Assembly (NCBI GenBank): GCA_038850115.1
Contig: JAWCMB010000002.1
Coordinates: 4,385-68,384, forward strand
Direction: 5' to 3'
From: Thermoproteota archaeon
GTDB taxonomy: Archaea > Thermoproteota > EX4484-205 > JAAOZP01
Length of the DNA: 64,000 nt
Shown here: in pieces, positions 17,710-26,253 of the stretch
Layout: every line of letters starts with the position of its first letter
Position numbering within the stretch: the stretch's first letter is position 1
Made by a program: the position numbers and the translations under genes
The notes under the pieces: model-generated
Databases searched by the model: none
Told to the model about the DNA's origin: nothing
Seen by the model: the letters and a program-made list of their open reading frames with translations, nothing else

Positions 17710-18498
17710 ATGAGGGGGAGATTCAATATTTACGAGCAGCCTGAGCTTAAAGAAACCCTGTTCATACTCGGGTTCAGAGGGTGGGCTGACGCTGGAAGAA
17801 TATCAAGCGGATGCGTAGGCTACCTGATAAGGAAACTGGGAGCGAGAAGGTTTGGCGAAATGGTTCCAGACGATTTCTACATTCTTCAAAACTCTCGGCC
17901 ATTAGGATGGATTGAGGAGGGCATTATAAGAAAAGTAGAGTGGCCGTGCGCTGAACTATTCTACTATAAGAATGCGGAGGGCAGCGATCTAATATTCCTG
18001 CTTGCCGATGAGCCTAATTTCAAGCCCAACGAGTACGCGGAGGCGATTATTGATTTAGCAAGCTTTTACAAGGTGAGAAGGATATACTTGATTGGCGGAG
18101 TGGTGACTCCAGAGTTTTCATCCATGGGAGAACAGACGGTGGAGGCGGTAGTCGGAGACCCAAGGCTGAAAAACGAGTTGAAGGAATATGGAGTAGGATG
18201 CGTAACATACGGGAGCAGCAGGCAGCCCGCACCAATAGGCATACACTCGCTTCTCGTGCTCGCCTGCCAGAAAAGAAGCGTTGAAATCATAAGCCTGTGG
18301 GGGCATGCTCCACCCTTTGCCAACATATATCCTAAAAGCATTCATGCAGTCCTTGAGAAACTGGTTAAAATGTTGAAGATAGATATTGACCTGGAGGATA
18401 TTGAAAGGACGAGCAGAGACTTCGACAGGTTGATGGAGGAAGCAGCCAGACAGCGGGAATTAGCTGAGGGAGGGAAGCAGCCCGAGTATTTCTATTGA
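17710..18498 (+). CDS. PAC2-family protein (proteasome assembly chaperone-like, PbaA/B-type)
   Basis: 262 aa. LFILGFRGWADAGRISSG...LLADEPN....Y......LA......RIYLIGG is PAC2-like. The C-terminus ...EYFY resembles an HbYX-type tail. Confidence 0.55.
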   Translation: MRGRFNIYEQPELKETLFILGFRGWADAGRISSGCVGYLIRKLGARRFGEMVPDDFYILQNSRPLGWIEEGIIRKVEWPCAELFYYKNAEGSDLIFLLADEPNFKPNEYAEAIIDLASFYKVRRIYLIGGVVTPEFSSMGEQTVEAVVGDPRLKNELKEYGVGCVTYGSSRQPAPIGIHSLLVLACQKRSVEIISLWGHAPPFANIYPKSIHAVLEKLVKMLKIDIDLEDIERTSRDFDRLMEEAARQRELAEGGKQPEYFY

Positions 18499-18527
18499 GA
18501 CGTTGAATATTCAAGCTTAACCCAATT

Positions 18528-19502
18528 TTACACCGTCTTATTAAGGAAGACTTGTTCAGCAGCCTTCAACTGCTCCTTGAAAGACTTCCTGTTCAACTCC
18601 TTGAAAACATCCCTGCCCTCCTTTTTAACAATTAAATCGTAAGTCGCCTTCTCAACAGCAAGAATATCGCTGCCCGCTAGAATCCCTATGTCGGCGATAA
18701 CGGGCTCCAACGGTTCATTATCGCAGTCGCAAAACCTCGTCATCCTCTGCAGAAAATTCACGAAATAAACCCTCCTGAATTTTGAAACAGCCGCCTTAGC
18801 AGCCTCCGCCAGCAGGAAGTCGAAGGTAGCTATTCTCGGCTTCAAGGCTTCCCGGGGGCAAACCAGCGTGCAGTTAGAACACCCCCAGCAGTCAGCCATA
18901 GAGGGCCTCGGCCTCTCCTCATCCTCGTCAAGCCTCATAGCGTTAAAAGGACAGTTCTCGACGCAAGCACCGCAAAGCTGGCAGCCCCCGACGTAAACAG
19001 GTTTCCCTCCCTCATGGATTTCCGACTTAGTTTTCTTAGTCATCGCCCCCATTCCCAGATTCTTTATAGCAGCACCTATGCTGGAGCAAGCATGACCCTT
19101 AACGTGAGTCAGGACCAGAACAGAAACGCCGCAAAGCTTCTTAGCAACCCGGTATTCAAGCCTGCCTTTCACAACCTCGTGGTCCTCGCCGCCGATCACT
19201 ATTGGGCAGCCCATGAAAGCCTCTGTGAAACCGTTTAAAGCAGCCACTTCCAAATAGCCCTCCACGCTATTCCTCCTGCTGGGATAAGTAACAGTCGTGT
19301 CGAAAAGGAAGGGTTTGCAGCCTATTTCCTTCAACAGGCCGATAAACCTCTTCACCTCCTCAGCCTTCAAATGATTCTTATTCTTGGGCTCACCCATGTG
19401 AAGCTTTATCGCAACAACCTCGTTTTCAAAAGGCATATCATCCCTCAAATCCTCAAGGAAACTGTCGTTCAGGCTTTCGGAGAAAAGAACACGGGTTCGC
19501 AT
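18528..19502 (-). CDS. DUF362 domain protein with inserted 2x[4Fe-4S] ferredoxin domain
   Basis: 324 aa. VAIKLHMGE...THVKGH..S..G.AIKNLGMG plus CQLCGACVENCP and CWGCSNCTLVCP cluster motifs. Confidence 0.6.
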   Translation of the reverse strand: MRTRVLFSESLNDSFLEDLRDDMPFENEVVAIKLHMGEPKNKNHLKAEEVKRFIGLLKEIGCKPFLFDTTVTYPSRRNSVEGYLEVAALNGFTEAFMGCPIVIGGEDHEVVKGRLEYRVAKKLCGVSVLVLTHVKGHACSSIGAAIKNLGMGAMTKKTKSEIHEGGKPVYVGGCQLCGACVENCPFNAMRLDEDEERPRPSMADCWGCSNCTLVCPREALKPRIATFDFLLAEAAKAAVSKFRRVYFVNFLQRMTRFCDCDNEPLEPVIADIGILAGSDILAVEKATYDLIVKKEGRDVFKELNRKSFKEQLKAAEQVFLNKTV

Positions 19503-19597
19503 AGAGCCGCGAGATGATTCGCGGTTATTTAAACCTTATGGAATATGTATCAAGAAAATTAAGAATGAATGGGCGGGTGCAAGCCCGCGTAGAGACC

Positions 19598-21289
19598 CTA
19601 TCCTGTTTGGGAAAGAGAGAGCATTAAAAGCCTCCTGGCCTCATTAAACTTGGAAACATCCTTCTCGTAGTCAGTTATAGTTCTGACAACATCGTTTGCC
19701 AGCTCCCTAGCTTCAATAGGATTCTGCTCCTCCAGCATTTTAAGAAGCTCGTAATCCTGGACACCCAGCCTTAGAACCTCAAACCTTATAGAGCTCAGTG
19801 GGCCTTCTTTTCCAGGGTATATTATGAAGGCGTCGCCAGGAGGCAGGTTGCTAGGTTCCACGTTTTTAAACGGGTCTTCAAACCAATAGTTTAACCCCCA
19901 GTGAAGATAGCCTGAAAGATTGTACTTGAAGTTTATCCAGTGCAGGATTCTGATTTTTATTGAATGGTAGTCAATAAACCTATTTGGATACTTCCCGGTT
20001 GGGGCGAGACAAGTGTAGAACCATACTTCTTCTCCGGCTGTTTTCCTCCGGTTGTAAAAGTCCTGATTCTCGTCAAACTGATTCAGCAGCGGAACCCAGA
20101 TGTCTAAAGCTCCAACAAGCTCTTCAGTAGCCTGGTTTGCCTCAATAATCTTAATTTTCGGCGCCAGTTCTCTAACATAGCCGGCGAATAATCTATAGCT
20201 CTCCGAATTCACTGGAATCGGCTCATCAGCCAGGTGTTGCACGTAGATATTTAACCACCCTTTTTCTTCTAAGTGCGTCTGCAACTGGGGGAGAAATCTA
20301 GAGATAAACTGATAGTACTCTCCGGAAGCTACGCTCACAGAAGGCATCTTATAGGCTTCCTCCCCATTCTTTTTGTAGACAGTCATTTCGTAAGAGTAAA
20401 AATCGCTTGCTTCCCATTCCTCCCTATAAGCAAGGTGTCCTCCTTCAATCCTCCCAATTACACCTTCCTCAATGAAAAGCCTAACCCAGCGGTCGAAGTT
20501 TGAGAAATCGCATTCAAACGCTCCGGTTGGTGCTTCTATGAGCCTTATTAATTGGAGTAACGGAGTTATAATCACGTTTTGACGATACTTGGAAATAAAC
20601 CTTGCATAACTTCTAATCAGCCCCCAGTGTTCTTCACTCCATGGCTCCACGCCATAATAGCTAGCTAGACCCTCTGCGTTAAACCAGTTTGTTAACCATA
20701 ACACCCTTTTTGAAGCAAGCGTAACAGGGTGAACCTTTAAAGTAATTTGTATTGAAGCATTCTTCTTTTCTGAAAACGCATAAATTTTCCCAGTATAGTT
20801 TCCAGGAGGCGCTTCTGGCGGTACAAAAATCGTAGCCCAGACTGGTTGAGTTTCTCCAGCCTTTAAACAAACAGAGTCGACGCTTAACAGAGGATCTGGA
20901 AAATCGAATGGAGCCGGGTGAACCAGCTCTTCAGCAGGAGTATTCGGTGTGTTCCTAGAAACAGGAACATAGCCGACAAAATTAATAGAAAAGCTTATTT
21001 TAAAGCCATATGGGCCTTCAAGGGGTTCGGATTTAATACGAATTTCCGGATTCCCACTCTCTACGGTTATGGCGAATTGAGCTGCAGCATACTCGTTTCT
21101 AACTGCCTCAACATGCAGGGAAGAATTCCCGCTTGCAGCTGGCTTCGTATCCTTAAAGATCTTTACAAGCGGGTCTGAGGCCCAGACTAAAAATTTTTCT
21201 TCGAAACACATTTGGTTAACCCGCAGTAGAACTAAACATAAAAATATTGCTGAACCTGCGAGAGCAAGTACAACCTTCAGTTTCTCCAT
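19598..21289 (-). CDS. Secreted/membrane-anchored DUF4091 (GH123-like glycoside hydrolase) protein
   Basis: 563 aa. N-terminal signal/anchor VVLALAGSAIFLCLVLL. C-terminal VWFYTCLAPTGKYPNRFIDYHSIKIRILHWINFKYNLSGYLHWGLNYW is typical of DUF4091. Confidence 0.55.
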   Translation of the reverse strand: MEKLKVVLALAGSAIFLCLVLLRVNQMCFEEKFLVWASDPLVKIFKDTKPAASGNSSLHVEAVRNEYAAAQFAITVESGNPEIRIKSEPLEGPYGFKISFSINFVGYVPVSRNTPNTPAEELVHPAPFDFPDPLLSVDSVCLKAGETQPVWATIFVPPEAPPGNYTGKIYAFSEKKNASIQITLKVHPVTLASKRVLWLTNWFNAEGLASYYGVEPWSEEHWGLIRSYARFISKYRQNVIITPLLQLIRLIEAPTGAFECDFSNFDRWVRLFIEEGVIGRIEGGHLAYREEWEASDFYSYEMTVYKKNGEEAYKMPSVSVASGEYYQFISRFLPQLQTHLEEKGWLNIYVQHLADEPIPVNSESYRLFAGYVRELAPKIKIIEANQATEELVGALDIWVPLLNQFDENQDFYNRRKTAGEEVWFYTCLAPTGKYPNRFIDYHSIKIRILHWINFKYNLSGYLHWGLNYWFEDPFKNVEPSNLPPGDAFIIYPGKEGPLSSIRFEVLRLGVQDYELLKMLEEQNPIEARELANDVVRTITDYEKDVSKFNEARRLLMLSLSQTG

Positions 21290-21342
21290 CTCTCTACAAA
21301 CGCTTCTCGTTAAGACTTAAATTTTTTAGAATCCTTCTAAGC

Positions 21343-21486
21343 ATGAAACTCGAGTTTAAGAAAAACCCAGAGAATCCTCTGCGCCGCCTCATACTCATGC
21401 TTCTTACGCCTTACCGCCTCGGATCAATAGTGAATATAGAAAAACTGTATTTTCAAATAGTTAAGGCGAGGGCGGAGGTCGGATAA
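21343..21486 (+). CDS. Candidate 47-aa small ORF (unknown function)
   Basis: ATG ORF MKLEFKKNPENPLRRLILMLLTPYRLGSIVNIEKLYFQIVKARAEVG. An AT-rich block at 21315-21330 lies upstream. Hairpin GAGGTCGG(21475-82)/CCGACCTC(21508-15) plus a T-run lies downstream. Weak call: the AT block may only serve the divergent gene. Confidence 0.25.
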   Translation: MKLEFKKNPENPLRRLILMLLTPYRLGSIVNIEKLYFQIVKARAEVG

Positions 21487-21550
21487 CGATCTATTCACAC
21501 ACTAATCCCGACCTCTTTATTTTGACATGTTTAAACTGTTGGAAGCAAGT

Positions 21551-21585
21551 AACAAGAAAAAATAACCGCGCGCTAAAACCGTCTT
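21551..21585 (-). terminator. T-run terminator after the oxidoreductase operon
   Basis: The minus strand reads TTAGCGCGCGGTTATTTTTTCTTGTT immediately after the porB stop. This is the oligo-T signal typical of archaeal termination. Confidence 0.4.
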
Positions 21586-22533
21586 CTAGAAGACTCTACC
21601 AGCTTTCTCCAGGTTCTCCAAGCGCTGCCAGTTCCACTCCGCCCAATCCTTAAGACGTTGAAGAGTATCCGCGTTCTTAGGATCCAGAAGATGCCTCGTC
21701 CGCCTCTGAATCTTAAGATAATCCTCAACCGGCGTAGGCTTAGAGACCTTGTAGTTAATCTTGAGCTGACCATCCTCAATCTCGTAGATGGGAAACAGCC
21801 TTGTCTCAACAGCCATCCTTGAAACCTTAACCGTCAAATGAGGATCGTAACGCCAGCCGAACTGGCATGGAGCAAGAATATGTAGAAACGCGGGACCCTG
21901 CTCACTATAGTTAACAGCCTTCCTAATCTTGTTAACCATGTCACGCCAAAGCCAAATAGTTGCGGTAGCAGCGTACGGAACATGGTGGGAAGCAACAATC
22001 CCGACTAAATCCTTCTTGTTCTCCTGCTTACCAGGAATCACCCTGCCAGCTGGACTAGTCGTCGTCGCGCTACCCAGAATAGATGCTCCTGACCTCTGGA
22101 TTCCGGTATTCATGTACGCCTCGTTATCATAACATATGTAGACAAACCTGTCTAGTCTTTCCAGTGCTCCTGAGATTGCTCCAAGCCCTATGTCGAATGT
22201 TGCACCGTCTCCTCCGAGTGCTATCACGGGGACTTTCCTCGCTCTTCCTTCCGCTGAGAGTTTTTCAAGCGCTGCAGCTATGCCTGAAGCTACAGGCGCG
22301 TTGTTCTGGAAGAGCACGTGGACCCATGGTGTTTTCCACGCTGAGTATGGGTAGATTGTTGTCCCTACTTCAACACAGCCTGTTGCGTTGACGATTATTG
22401 CCTCAGGTGCTGCAAGCGTTATGAGTTTCGCGGTTATCGCTGGCCCGCATCCTGCACACAGCCTGTGTCCCGGTCTGAATCTCGATTCTTCAGGAAGGTC
22501 GGATATTTTCGCTATTGGGTTCAGCTTGCTCAT
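21586..22533 (-). CDS. porB: 2-oxoacid (pyruvate/ketoisovalerate):ferredoxin oxidoreductase, beta subunit (TPP-binding)
   Basis: 315 aa. GHRLCAGCG......L.........ATGC.EV....YP.SAW..PW.H..F.N....ASG...GGDG.TFDIG. Confidence 0.85.
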   Translation of the reverse strand: MSKLNPIAKISDLPEESRFRPGHRLCAGCGPAITAKLITLAAPEAIIVNATGCVEVGTTIYPYSAWKTPWVHVLFQNNAPVASGIAAALEKLSAEGRARKVPVIALGGDGATFDIGLGAISGALERLDRFVYICYDNEAYMNTGIQRSGASILGSATTTSPAGRVIPGKQENKKDLVGIVASHHVPYAATATIWLWRDMVNKIRKAVNYSEQGPAFLHILAPCQFGWRYDPHLTVKVSRMAVETRLFPIYEIEDGQLKINYKVSKPTPVEDYLKIQRRTRHLLDPKNADTLQRLKDWAEWNWQRLENLEKAGRVF

Positions 22534-23726
22534 TCTCCCCTCACCCCGTGGAAGAAAACCCTGTCCATCCTACCCTTGTCTATGAGCCCCTTCCCCTTGT
22601 TATAGACCTCTATGATTCCCTGTGTTGAGATGTCTCTTCCTCCCAAGCCGTATGTGAAGCCCACCATTTTCACGTTATAGTTGGGGTATAGTGTTGCAGC
22701 AACATCCTCGTAGACTGGCCCTGCTCTCGCGCCTGGGCTCATAACCCTCTCCATGATTATCACTTTTTTGAATCTTGGAAAAAGTTGCTCGACCTCTTTA
22801 CTCGGCCACGGCCTGTATTGTAGTATTCCTACAACGCCTACTTTCTCGCCTCCTTCCCTCAGCATCTTGGCTGCATGTCTTGCTGTCCCTACGGTGCTCC
22901 CCATTGCTACTATGCAAGTCTCAGCGTCCTCTGTCATGTATTCTTTCAATGGAGCGTATTTTCTTCCCGAAACTTCCTCGTATTTCTGGAAGACTTCTTT
23001 TATTACTTGCCTAGAGTTCTCCATCGCCTCGTACTGTTGCCTTTTGAACTCGTAATAGGAGTCTTGTAGGGCTAGGACGCCGAAGGTTCTCGGGTTGTCC
23101 AGGCTTATCTTTGGCCCCGTTGTTCTTACACCCAGGAATCCCCTGACAACATCGTCGTTTAAAGCGTAGAAGTTGGTTATCGCATGAGACACTATGAAGC
23201 CGTCGTACGAGACTACGACTGGCAGTAGTACTCTAGGGTCTTCAGCGATTTTGAAAGCCATGATCGTGAGATCGTAGGTTTCCTGCGCCTCCTCACCGTT
23301 GAACATTATCCAGCCTGCGTCCCTCATTCCGAAGAAGTCTGAGTGATCGTTGTGGATGTTTATCGGTGCTGAGAGTGCTCTCGCCGCTAGTGCCATGACT
23401 ATTGGCAGCCTTAATCCTGAAGCTGCGTAGAGCGCCTCCCACATGTATGCGAGGCCCTGGCTTGCTGTCGCGGTGAATGCTCTCGCCCCGGCTAGCGAGG
23501 CCCCTATTACCGCGGAGAGAGCCGAGTGCTCAGACTCCACGTTTATATACTTGGCGTTCAGCTCCCCGTCGTTCACGTATCTTGAAAGCGTCTCGACGAC
23601 GAAGGTTTGGGGGGTTATCGGGTAGGCGCTTATCACGTCGACGTTAGCCTGTTTAACCGCGTAAGCAACAGCGTCGTTCCCGGTTAGCGCTATCCTGTGC
23701 TGCCTTGCTAAAGCTTCAGTCATCAT
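22530..23726 (-). CDS. porA: 2-oxoacid:ferredoxin oxidoreductase, alpha subunit
   Basis: 398 aa. LTGNDAVAYAVKQANVDVISAYPITPQT.VVE.LS......L.A.YI.VESEHSALS...GASLAGARAFTATASQGL. Confidence 0.85.
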   Translation of the reverse strand: MMTEALARQHRIALTGNDAVAYAVKQANVDVISAYPITPQTFVVETLSRYVNDGELNAKYINVESEHSALSAVIGASLAGARAFTATASQGLAYMWEALYAASGLRLPIVMALAARALSAPINIHNDHSDFFGMRDAGWIMFNGEEAQETYDLTIMAFKIAEDPRVLLPVVVSYDGFIVSHAITNFYALNDDVVRGFLGVRTTGPKISLDNPRTFGVLALQDSYYEFKRQQYEAMENSRQVIKEVFQKYEEVSGRKYAPLKEYMTEDAETCIVAMGSTVGTARHAAKMLREGGEKVGVVGILQYRPWPSKEVEQLFPRFKKVIIMERVMSPGARAGPVYEDVAATLYPNYNVKMVGFTYGLGGRDISTQGIIEVYNKGKGLIDKGRMDRVFFHGVRGE

Positions 23727-23727
23727 T

Positions 23728-24006
23728 CTATATCTCCTCCGGAACCATTGTTATCGCCTTCTTTGGACACTCCTCGGCGCATATGCCGCAGCCCTTGCAA
23801 TAGTCGTAGTCTATCTTGACCTCGCTTCCGTTTCTAATTATCGCTGGCTCAGGACAGTAGAGCCAGCATATCAGGCATCTCACGCACTTCTCGTAGTCTA
23901 TGATGGGTTTCTCAACCCTCCAGTTGCCGGTCTTGTATTTTTCGCTCGTTCCGCCGGCTACGCTTCCACCGAGGTCTATCTCCCTCCAGGTTACGGTTGT
24001 GCTCAT
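23728..24006 (-). CDS. porD: 2-oxoacid:ferredoxin oxidoreductase, delta subunit (2x[4Fe-4S])
   Basis: 92 aa. CVRCLICWLYCPEPA and CKGCGICAEECP motifs. Confidence 0.85.
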   Translation of the reverse strand: MSTTVTWREIDLGGSVAGGTSEKYKTGNWRVEKPIIDYEKCVRCLICWLYCPEPAIIRNGSEVKIDYDYCKGCGICAEECPKKAITMVPEEI

Positions 24007-24578
24007 TGGGTCGCCACCTCCTCGTATCCCCTCTTAAGCATTTTCACGTTAAGCTCCCCAACCCTGCCCGGAAACCTGCTTAAAAAAAGTTTTTCAAGCG
24101 TCTCAAGCCTGACTATGCTCGTCAGCCTCACGACACCCCCTATGACAGGCGTGTTGAAAACGTAGGTTCCGAAGACCTCCTTCGAGATCCTGGCGGCATC
24201 TACGACTCCCAGGGTCTTAACGTTTAAACCCAGCTTCCTCCTCAGGTCTCCCGGGTTTTTAGCGGAGTTGACTACTGCAACACCCTCAGGTTTAAGGCCT
24301 GTGTAGACGCTAGGGTCCTCAGCCAAGTAGGGGTCTATCACCGCCAATATGTCGGGCTCGTATACTGAGGAATGTATGTCTATGGGTTCCTCTGAGAAGC
24401 GCGTGTAACCCCTTACTGGGCCGCCTGTTCTCTCTGGGCCGAAGTCCGGGAAAGTCTGAATGTTTTTGCCTTCTTCGAAGAGAGCCATGCCTATGAGCTG
24501 GTTCGCAAGCACAACGCCTTGACCACCCCTGCCGTGCCACCTTATTTCAACGATCCTGCTAGTTTTCACCATTCTCAT
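24003..24578 (-). CDS. porG: 2-oxoacid:ferredoxin oxidoreductase, gamma subunit
   Basis: EIRWHGRGGQGVVLANQLIG.A...GK..Q.FP.FGPERTGGPV. Start set to ATG 24578 (MRMVKTS), with TATA GTATAAGG about 28 nt upstream. The track ORF extends to 24671. Confidence 0.8.
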   Translation of the reverse strand: MRMVKTSRIVEIRWHGRGGQGVVLANQLIGMALFEEGKNIQTFPDFGPERTGGPVRGYTRFSEEPIDIHSSVYEPDILAVIDPYLAEDPSVYTGLKPEGVAVVNSAKNPGDLRRKLGLNVKTLGVVDAARISKEVFGTYVFNTPVIGGVVRLTSIVRLETLEKLFLSRFPGRVGELNVKMLKRGYEEVATQ

Positions 24579-24750
24579 CAGCCTCGGGAAACGTGGAGAA
24601 CACTGCCTTATACACTTTGCCCCAACCCTAGACCCTGGGGGTGGAAAATGTTTAACACAGGTTTCTGCCAAAAAGATTTTAAGTTTTCAGTAGGGCCCCC
24701 TAGTGCTGATAGTGGTTAAATAGGGGGGCTTAACCTGATTCTGCGTCTAA

Positions 24751-25647
24751 ATGTCTAGGAGGCCTCTTAGAATAGGCGTGGTGGGCGCTTTAACGATAGA
24801 CGTTAACAGGAGCAGGGGCGGATCCTACAGTTACATGGGCGGGGGAGGATTCTACTCTTCGCTCAGCCTCTCCAGAATAGGTGTTGAAACAGTTCTTTTC
24901 ACAGCCTACGGGCCTGATATGAACCCGGAGTGGGTGGAGGGTCTTAAGCGGAAGGGTGTTGAGGTTTACGCTACGGAGCTTGATAGAAGCATACTGTTTG
25001 AAAACGTTTACCAGGATTCCAATAGGATTCAGAAGAGTTCTGGCGAGCCTTCCAGAAAGATTGTTGTCGACAGAAGCAGGCTTACGGGCTTTGACGCCGC
25101 CCATGTTACGCCTGTTCTAAACGAGGTTGACCAAAGGGTTTTCAAGGAGCTTGAGGAAGCAGGCTGCAGGGTTTCTATTGACGCGCAGGGGTTCATCAGG
25201 ACTAGTGGTGACGACGGGAGTATTCACCATGTTAAGAGGATGCTCCCGGAGAATGTTCTCAGCAGGGTTAACTACATCCACATGAATGTTGACGAGCAGC
25301 TTTTCTTTCTGAACCGCGACGTTAAGGAGCTTTTCGAAACCAACCCGGGCATGATTGTTGAGCTGACTAACTCTGAACACGGCTCCATGATTGTTTATAA
25401 GCAGGGTTGCTTCTTCACGCCTATTGTTGAGGTGGAGACGCTTGACCCGACTGGGGCCGGGGACGTTTACGCGGCTGTTTTCCTGGCGAAGCATCTTGAA
25501 ACAGGAAGCCTGTTAGAGTCGAGCCTGTACGCGTCAGCATGCGCAAGCATTAAGGCTGAGAAAACAGGGCCCTCCTTCGACTTCAGCATTGAAGAGGTTG
25601 AACGCAGGGTTGAAACGTTGAAGAGGCTTCTTGAAACTTTATATTAG
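24751..25647 (+). CDS. PfkB-family carbohydrate/nucleoside kinase
   Basis: 298 aa. The C-terminal DPTGAGDVYAAVFLA motif is the PfkB signature 2. Confidence 0.7.
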   Translation: MSRRPLRIGVVGALTIDVNRSRGGSYSYMGGGGFYSSLSLSRIGVETVLFTAYGPDMNPEWVEGLKRKGVEVYATELDRSILFENVYQDSNRIQKSSGEPSRKIVVDRSRLTGFDAAHVTPVLNEVDQRVFKELEEAGCRVSIDAQGFIRTSGDDGSIHHVKRMLPENVLSRVNYIHMNVDEQLFFLNRDVKELFETNPGMIVELTNSEHGSMIVYKQGCFFTPIVEVETLDPTGAGDVYAAVFLAKHLETGSLLESSLYASACASIKAEKTGPSFDFSIEEVERRVETLKRLLETLY

Positions 25648-25668
25648 TGTCCCTGAGCGTAAAGGCTG

Positions 25669-26214
25669 ATGAGCATACTGGGGAAAAGCGAGCTGCTGAA
25701 GATGATTAGGAGACTACCAGTAATACACCCGTTTAAAGAGAAGTATATGGATGGAGACGGGTATGTTTTAACAGTGATGGAGGACGTTAAGCTCCAATAC
25801 CTTGAGCATAAGAACGTGATTTCTAACGAGATTGTTTTCACGCCGCCAAACATTGTTGCACACCTCACTGCTAAAAGCCGTTACGGGAGAGCAGGCCTAT
25901 CATTTTTAAACGCGGCTAAGGTTCACAGCGGCTTCGTCGGAAGGCTTGCGCTGGAGATTGTGAACCTGAACAACGAGAGGGAGCCTGTGGTTGTTAGAAA
26001 GGGAGAACCCTTCATGCACATAGAGTTCATAACCAGAGTTGGGGAACCTTCCCCATACGAGGGCGAGTACCAGTTTCAATACATGACTAGCGAGGAAATA
26101 AACTTCTACCTACCATACCTTAGAAAGGTTTTCAAAAAGGATTTTGAAACGCTAGCATCAAAGTGGAGGCTGAAGGAAAGGCTGAAAAGCCAGCAGCCGG
26201 TTCACCACCGTTAA
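25669..26214 (+). CDS. dcd: dCTP deaminase/dUTPase-superfamily protein
   Basis: 181 aa. N-terminal ILGKSELLKMI.....I.PF......DGDGY.L.V plus S..GRAGLS........SGFVG.L.LEI.N........G....HIEF. Confidence 0.55.
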   Translation: MSILGKSELLKMIRRLPVIHPFKEKYMDGDGYVLTVMEDVKLQYLEHKNVISNEIVFTPPNIVAHLTAKSRYGRAGLSFLNAAKVHSGFVGRLALEIVNLNNEREPVVVRKGEPFMHIEFITRVGEPSPYEGEYQFQYMTSEEINFYLPYLRKVFKKDFETLASKWRLKERLKSQQPVHHR

Positions 26215-26253
26215 TCCTTATTAACCCTGTTCTGCTTCAAAACCGTCTGTAGA

